This document shows positions 27,612 to 32,000 of a DNA stretch of 32,000 nt, one piece after another (within the stretch, counting starts at the first letter, position 1; each line of letters begins with the position of its first letter). The translations under genes were made by a program, and so were the position numbers. The notes under the pieces were generated by a model. That model saw nothing but the letters and a program-made list of their open reading frames with translations. It was not told where the DNA came from and ran no database searches. The DNA is taken from contig CAYRPF010000010.1 in the NCBI GenBank assembly GCA_964426185.1, positions 15,914 to 47,913 of the forward strand. Reading direction: 5' to 3'. The stretch comes from an uncultured archaeon. Lineage in GTDB: Archaea > Asgardarchaeota > Lokiarchaeia > Sigyniarchaeales > Promethearchaeaceae.

Positions 27612-27900
27612 CCCAAAATTCTATAAGGTTCTTAATTGCACGAGCTCGTATATTTTCATCACAAAACCTATAGATTTTAATTCGACCAAAACACTTTTCT
27701 TCTACAATCTTTGCTTTTATTAGTAATTCTAAATGTTTTTTTACGCTATTATGGTTTAAACCGGACATTTTTACAATATATGAGATATTTGTTTCATGAG
27801 AAAAAACTAAGATTTTAATTATTTTTGTTCTTCCTTTAGAAGCAAAAATATCTTCAATATTGTATGAATTTTCTTTAATTATACTTTGCATAATGTTCAC
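27598..27900 (-). CDS. Winged helix-turn-helix (ArsR-like) protein
   Basis: FASKGRTKIIKIL..NISYIVKMSGLNHNSVKKHLELL..VEEKCFGRIKIY. Confidence 0.85.
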   Translation of the reverse strand: MNIMQSIIKENSYNIEDIFASKGRTKIIKILVFSHETNISYIVKMSGLNHNSVKKHLELLIKAKIVEEKCFGRIKIYRFCDENIRARAIKNLIEFWDDYE

Positions 27901-29127
27901 TTATACCTTTGAATTAAAATCACGAATTTTATGATTTAGTCTTTCATGAATTGCATGGATAGGTAGATCAGCATTTGAAATTATCGATTTCCTTCCTTTG
28001 ATGTTTTTCGAAACGACATTTGCTTTAACTAATCCAAAATGTGAAAAATGTTGCAAGTAAATCCATAATTGTGTATTTTTCCTTGGTTTTTTTTGCAAAT
28101 TGTCGCATATTTTTTCATAATGTTGTTTTAAATCTTTAAAAAGAAGATTTTGTTCACCTGTGTTAATCATTAAATCCATTATTGAAAATAGAAACAATAT
28201 TTCATTGAAAGATAAAGAACCAATTAAATCGACATATGAATTTGGAATAGTATTACTTAAGGCGACATCTATCTCTTCCTTTGAAACATTTTTCAATTCT
28301 TTTGATTCAGCAATCTTTACGGCATTTCTTATGATGTTTAATCCTTTTCTAACATCGCCTGAATCATCAATTTCACTCACAATATATTCAAGTGAATCTT
28401 TCGAAAACACACCAGGCTTTATGGCAGTTTTAATCCGGGCTGAGAGAATATCAAATAATTGTTCTTTGGTATATTTTTTCAAGGTTATTACATTCCCTTG
28501 CAGTGTACTTTTTGTAGAATCATCCAAATTTCCTAATAATATTAAATTTCTAACGATAACTATTAAAGAAATATAGTTTTTTCGATCAAAATTCGATTCA
28601 TTAAGGCGAGAAAGGCTGTATATTAAATTGAAATGGGTCATTCGTAAATAATTCAGTTCATCTAAGGTTAAAATCAAGTAAATTTCAGATTTAATTAAGT
28701 AATCTTCTAAAAATAATATAAGTTCTTGAACAGAATAACCCCTAATTGGAATGCTACAATTCAAACATGAAAGAATACGATTAAGGATGTTATTTGGGGT
28801 TTTTTCTTTTCGACAATTAATATGAATATATTTTATATTTAAATTTCTCTTCATTGATGACATTAAAACCATTTTTCCAAACGTTTTTGCAATAACGGTT
28901 TTTCCAATACCAATTTCTCCTTGAATTGTAACTTTTCGAGATATCAAAAATGGTTTTTCCAATAATTTTACGAATATTTTAGAGAGTAATATTAATTCTT
29001 CTTCGCGATGAAGTAAAATATCAGGAATATAATTGATTTCTAAGTGTTCTTCATGTAAGAATAAAGTATTTAGCAAATATTGCTCTTCCAGATAGTTAAT
29101 ATCCGAGTTTTGTTCCATAATTATCAA
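27901..29127 (-). CDS. cdc6: Orc1/Cdc6 family AAA+ ATPase (Orc1-2/Cdc6-2-like)
   Basis: YIPDILLHREEE, Walker A GEIGIGKT, INC, Walker B LDEL, Y..QL.DIL..R, GDVR, and a C-terminal wHTH PRKNTQLWIYL..IKGRKS. Confidence 0.92.
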   Translation of the reverse strand: MIIMEQNSDINYLEEQYLLNTLFLHEEHLEINYIPDILLHREEELILLSKIFVKLLEKPFLISRKVTIQGEIGIGKTVIAKTFGKMVLMSSMKRNLNIKYIHINCRKEKTPNNILNRILSCLNCSIPIRGYSVQELILFLEDYLIKSEIYLILTLDELNYLRMTHFNLIYSLSRLNESNFDRKNYISLIVIVRNLILLGNLDDSTKSTLQGNVITLKKYTKEQLFDILSARIKTAIKPGVFSKDSLEYIVSEIDDSGDVRKGLNIIRNAVKIAESKELKNVSKEEIDVALSNTIPNSYVDLIGSLSFNEILFLFSIMDLMINTGEQNLLFKDLKQHYEKICDNLQKKPRKNTQLWIYLQHFSHFGLVKANVVSKNIKGRKSIISNADLPIHAIHERLNHKIRDFNSKV

Positions 29128-29179
29128 TACATCTTAAATTGTCGGTATTAAATTAAAGAGAAAAAGAATGAAGATTTTC

Positions 29180-29392
29180 TTATTTATTATAAAAATCTTC
29201 GAAAAAGGATAAAACTGAACTAAATTGATCTTCAATCCATCCGTAGATATTTGTTACAATCCCAATTAAAATTAAAAACAAAATTAATGAAAGGGCAATA
29301 AGTAATCCAGTTTCAAGCATCGAACTGCCAGAATTATCTCTTAATAGTTTTTTCCAAAACTTTTCTTGTTTATTATCAATTTTTCTAAACAT
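29180..29392 (-). CDS. Flp-like type IV pilin (class III signal peptide)
   Basis: Basic 22-aa leader ending ..LLRDNSG|SSMLETGLLIAL.., with Glu at +5 and a hydrophobic helix; 48-aa mature protein. Confidence 0.8.
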   Translation of the reverse strand: MFRKIDNKQEKFWKKLLRDNSGSSMLETGLLIALSLILFLILIGIVTNIYGWIEDQFSSVLSFFEDFYNK

Positions 29393-29760
29393 AATCCTTA
29401 ATTTCTCTAAATAATAAAAATTCCGAAATTTTAATAAATACGTTTCATTGTGATATTTGTTTAGGATTTAAAGATTTACGTTGTTTTTTAACAATGAGGA
29501 ACCTCGCTTCTTGCTCTTGACCGAGGATTTTTAAATAGATGAAAATCTAATCTTAGAATAGAAACGTCTTCGATGTCAGGGATTTTGATGATTTATCAAA
29601 TGAAAACCTGAAATTGAATTGAAACGACTAAGAACCTCGAAGAAAGGGAAAAAAAGCATTAAATTTGTCAAGAATTTGCTTTGAGTATCCCGAATAGTTG
29701 GATATCTTAGTATTATATTCACATAATACACAAAAAAGCGGGTATTAAATCCATAAACAT

Positions 29761-32000
29761 CTATATTAATATTTTTTTTCCCATTCTCTTTTTTGGGCGG
29801 AATTTTATTATATTTTGCTTTTTCAAAAAACTAAATGAGCCTATTATAAATAAAACCCCAAGAGTGCTTGTTAGATAGGGTTTTATCTTATCCAAATTAT
29901 AATAAACATGAAAAATTATTGCAATTTCATCATATTCATTATTTAAATCTCGAATTTTAAGTGTAATATTTAAATCAATATTATAATCATTAATAAATAC
30001 AATAATTTCTGATTTATTTATGGAATAAATAACTTGATCAACTAACCAAATAATGGTAGCTGGAAGATTACCCAAATCTCCAATAAAAATAAATTTTACA
30101 TAAGTTTGACTTACAATTTTTGAAACATTTGATGTAAAAGATGCATTAGGCATAAGATTTGGAAATACTTCTATAAATCTATTAATAATTAAAAAATCTT
30201 GATCTCCATCTATATCAAACACATTTAAAGAAACTGAATAATTTCCTTGAGTTAAATAGCGATGTACGGGATTTTTTTCCGTTGAATTATTTCCATCTCC
30301 GAAATCCCATATCATTTTTTGCAATCCATTTCCTTCAAATCCAGTAAAGAAAAATAAAATATCCTGGGTTTCTACAGTTAATGAAGAATTTGTGGAAAAA
30401 CTGGCAATTGGAAGTAGATCAGGGTTTACTTGTATCATACAAGTCGTGATATTTTGTTCATCTCCATCCCAATCAATAATTATCAAAGATGCTTGAAATA
30501 TTCCTGGGTCCAAGTAACGGTGTATAGGTGAAATATCACTTGAATTACTTCCATCTCCAAAATCCCAAAAGAAAGTACTTGGATGATTTCCATAATTACC
30601 AATAGGTGAAAATTCAATATACTCTCCTTGAATGCATATTGAATTATTTACTCTAATTGAAACATTGGGAAAATAATCTTCATTAATAAAAAACGAAATA
30701 TTTGTTAGAAATACATCTAAATCAAAATCTACAATTGTTAGAGTTAAATTGACAACACCTGACGAATTAAAAGAATAAGAGAATGTCTCTTGATAAAGAA
30801 ATATTCCATTCCCTAAATCCCAGCAGTAGGAAATGGGTAAATTTCCAGTAACATTTAATGCTTGAAAAGATATAGAGTAATTTCTTATCAATTTGGATGT
30901 ATTTATATGAATATATCCACTCGGATGTAGATCTTCAGAAACACAAAGTGGAACTGAATTTAAATATTGATCTTTATCAGAATTTTGATCAATTACTGTT
31001 AATGTAATTGAAAAATTCCCTGGAAATTTATATATATGTGATGGAGTCCTTTCTGTGGAATTTTTTCCATCTCCAAAGTCCCAAAAAAAGCAATTTTTTC
31101 CATTACCTTCCAAACCATTGAATTGGAAATCCACAGATTGTCCCGCAACTATATTATTTTTGCTTATATTATAAGATGCTTGTGGAATAAGATTCTGTTC
31201 TATTGATATTGTTTTGGTTGTTGAAAAACAATCGCCATCGTGATCAGTAATCAACAAAGTAACATTGAATATACCAGGATATTCATAAATATTACTCGGT
31301 GAATCTTCTTGAGTAAAATTTCCATCTCCAAAATCCCAAAAAACTAAGTATGGTGAATTTCCAAAACACCCAGAGAAATTAAAAAGAACTAAATCACCAG
31401 TATAAAAAGTAATATTTTCATAAGAAATATTGCCATTTGGAAGAAAATCGATTGATATATTTAATACTTTTAATATTTGCGATTCTTGCATGTCTTGATC
31501 TCTAATTTTTAACTTTACATTTATCATTCCCGGTTCTGAATAGATATGGATTGGATTTCTTTCACTGGAATTAGTTCCATCTCCAAAGTCCCAAAAGAAA
31601 ACTGTTGGATTATTTCCTAGTTGTCCCGTAAAATTGAATTGTATCTCCTGACTCATAAATAAAAATGGAGAACTGATTGAGAAATTTGCTATTGGATAAA
31701 GATCCATTTCAATATTTACAAGCATATAGTGAATTGAAGTATCATTATCTTTGTCTATGACAGTTAAACTAATATTGTGGATTCCTATTTGTTGAAAGAA
31801 ATGAACGGGGTTAATATCAGATGAATTTGTTCCATCTCCGAAGTCCCAAAAGAAAACTGTTGGATTATTTCCTAGTTGTCCCGTAAAATTGAATTGTATC
31901 TCCTGACTCATAAATAAAAATGGAGAACTGATTGAGAAATTTGCTATTGGATAAAGATCCATTTCAATATTTACAAGCATATAGTGAATTGAAGTATCAT
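29761..32000 (-). CDS. Partial (5'-truncated) PKD-repeat surface protein with C-terminal TM anchor
   Basis: About eight 85-aa units, six with WDFGDG, one WDLGNG and one degenerate. C-terminal TM and basic tail. The frame stays open to the window edge. Confidence 0.9.
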   Translation of the reverse strand, partial: DTSIHYMLVNIEMDLYPIANFSISSPFLFMSQEIQFNFTGQLGNNPTVFFWDFGDGTNSSDINPVHFFQQIGIHNISLTVIDKDNDTSIHYMLVNIEMDLYPIANFSISSPFLFMSQEIQFNFTGQLGNNPTVFFWDFGDGTNSSERNPIHIYSEPGMINVKLKIRDQDMQESQILKVLNISIDFLPNGNISYENITFYTGDLVLFNFSGCFGNSPYLVFWDFGDGNFTQEDSPSNIYEYPGIFNVTLLITDHDGDCFSTTKTISIEQNLIPQASYNISKNNIVAGQSVDFQFNGLEGNGKNCFFWDFGDGKNSTERTPSHIYKFPGNFSITLTVIDQNSDKDQYLNSVPLCVSEDLHPSGYIHINTSKLIRNYSISFQALNVTGNLPISYCWDLGNGIFLYQETFSYSFNSSGVVNLTLTIVDFDLDVFLTNISFFINEDYFPNVSIRVNNSICIQGEYIEFSPIGNYGNHPSTFFWDFGDGSNSSDISPIHRYLDPGIFQASLIIIDWDGDEQNITTCMIQVNPDLLPIASFSTNSSLTVETQDILFFFTGFEGNGLQKMIWDFGDGNNSTEKNPVHRYLTQGNYSVSLNVFDIDGDQDFLIINRFIEVFPNLMPNASFTSNVSKIVSQTYVKFIFIGDLGNLPATIIWLVDQVIYSINKSEIIVFINDYNIDLNITLKIRDLNNEYDEIAIIFHVYYNLDKIKPYLTSTLGVLFIIGSFSFLKKQNIIKFRPKKRMGKKILI
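31574..32000 (-). repeat. Intragenic tandem repeat: 31574-31745 vs 31829-32000 (period 255 nt, 1 mismatch in 172 nt)
   Basis: Manual alignment; the only difference is 31585 a vs 31840 g. Confidence 0.95.

Noticed and set aside
28160-28576. 138-aa plus-strand ORF
   Set aside because: Antisense shadow of cdc6 with no motif.
23128-29392. Integrated plasmid/ICE (Cdc6 replicator plus VirB11-like ATPase) or archaellum locus
   Set aside because: There is no integrase, att repeat, VirB4 or relaxase, and no ArlH or archaellin. The pilin, peptidase and TadC-like genes indicate a pilus.
29393-29760. Replication origin (ORB) or Sulfolobus DNA-damage element (ANTTTC) next to cdc6
   Set aside because: No ORB consensus is visible, and ANTTTC hexamers are expected by chance in such AT-rich DNA.
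1-32000. tRNA, rRNA, CRISPR array or IS element
   Set aside because: No GC-rich cloverleaf or rRNA-like tract, no spaced short repeats, and no transposase ORF were seen by eye.

Overview
AT-rich archaeal chromosomal window, most likely from an Asgard archaeon of the Lokiarchaeia/Promethearchaeota. The evidence is a Loki-CTERM-like 'IPGY'-TM-basic sorting tail, archaeal uL3/uL4/uL23, class I LysRS, ABCE1, Rqc2/NEMF and Orc1/Cdc6. All family calls come from motif reading, not database searches. The core genes are HIT, a degenerate NIF3, ThyX, DUF2095, PyrI, LysRS, ABCE1 and rpl3-rpl4-rpl23. Both ends carry partial surface-protein genes with near-identical internal DNA repeats. Two small DNA-binding-protein genes missing from the ORF track were found (7853-8011 RHH and 12697-12876 wHTH). 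Three items stand out. (1) A tightly packed minus-strand operon in which an Orc1-2/Cdc6-2-type AAA+ protein and a wHTH gene sit inside a Tad/type IV pilus locus (Flp-like pilin, Orc1, wHTH, prepilin peptidase, ATPase, membrane protein, TadC-like), a candidate DNA-damage- or replication-coupled pilus system. (2) An EMC6/OPTI(Rab5ip)-like three-TM module fused to a seven-bladed extracellular LVIVD propeller, next to Rqc2. (3) A membrane-anchored subtilase with the domain order of eukaryotic Site-1 protease. No rRNA, tRNA, CRISPR array, integrase or transposase was seen.
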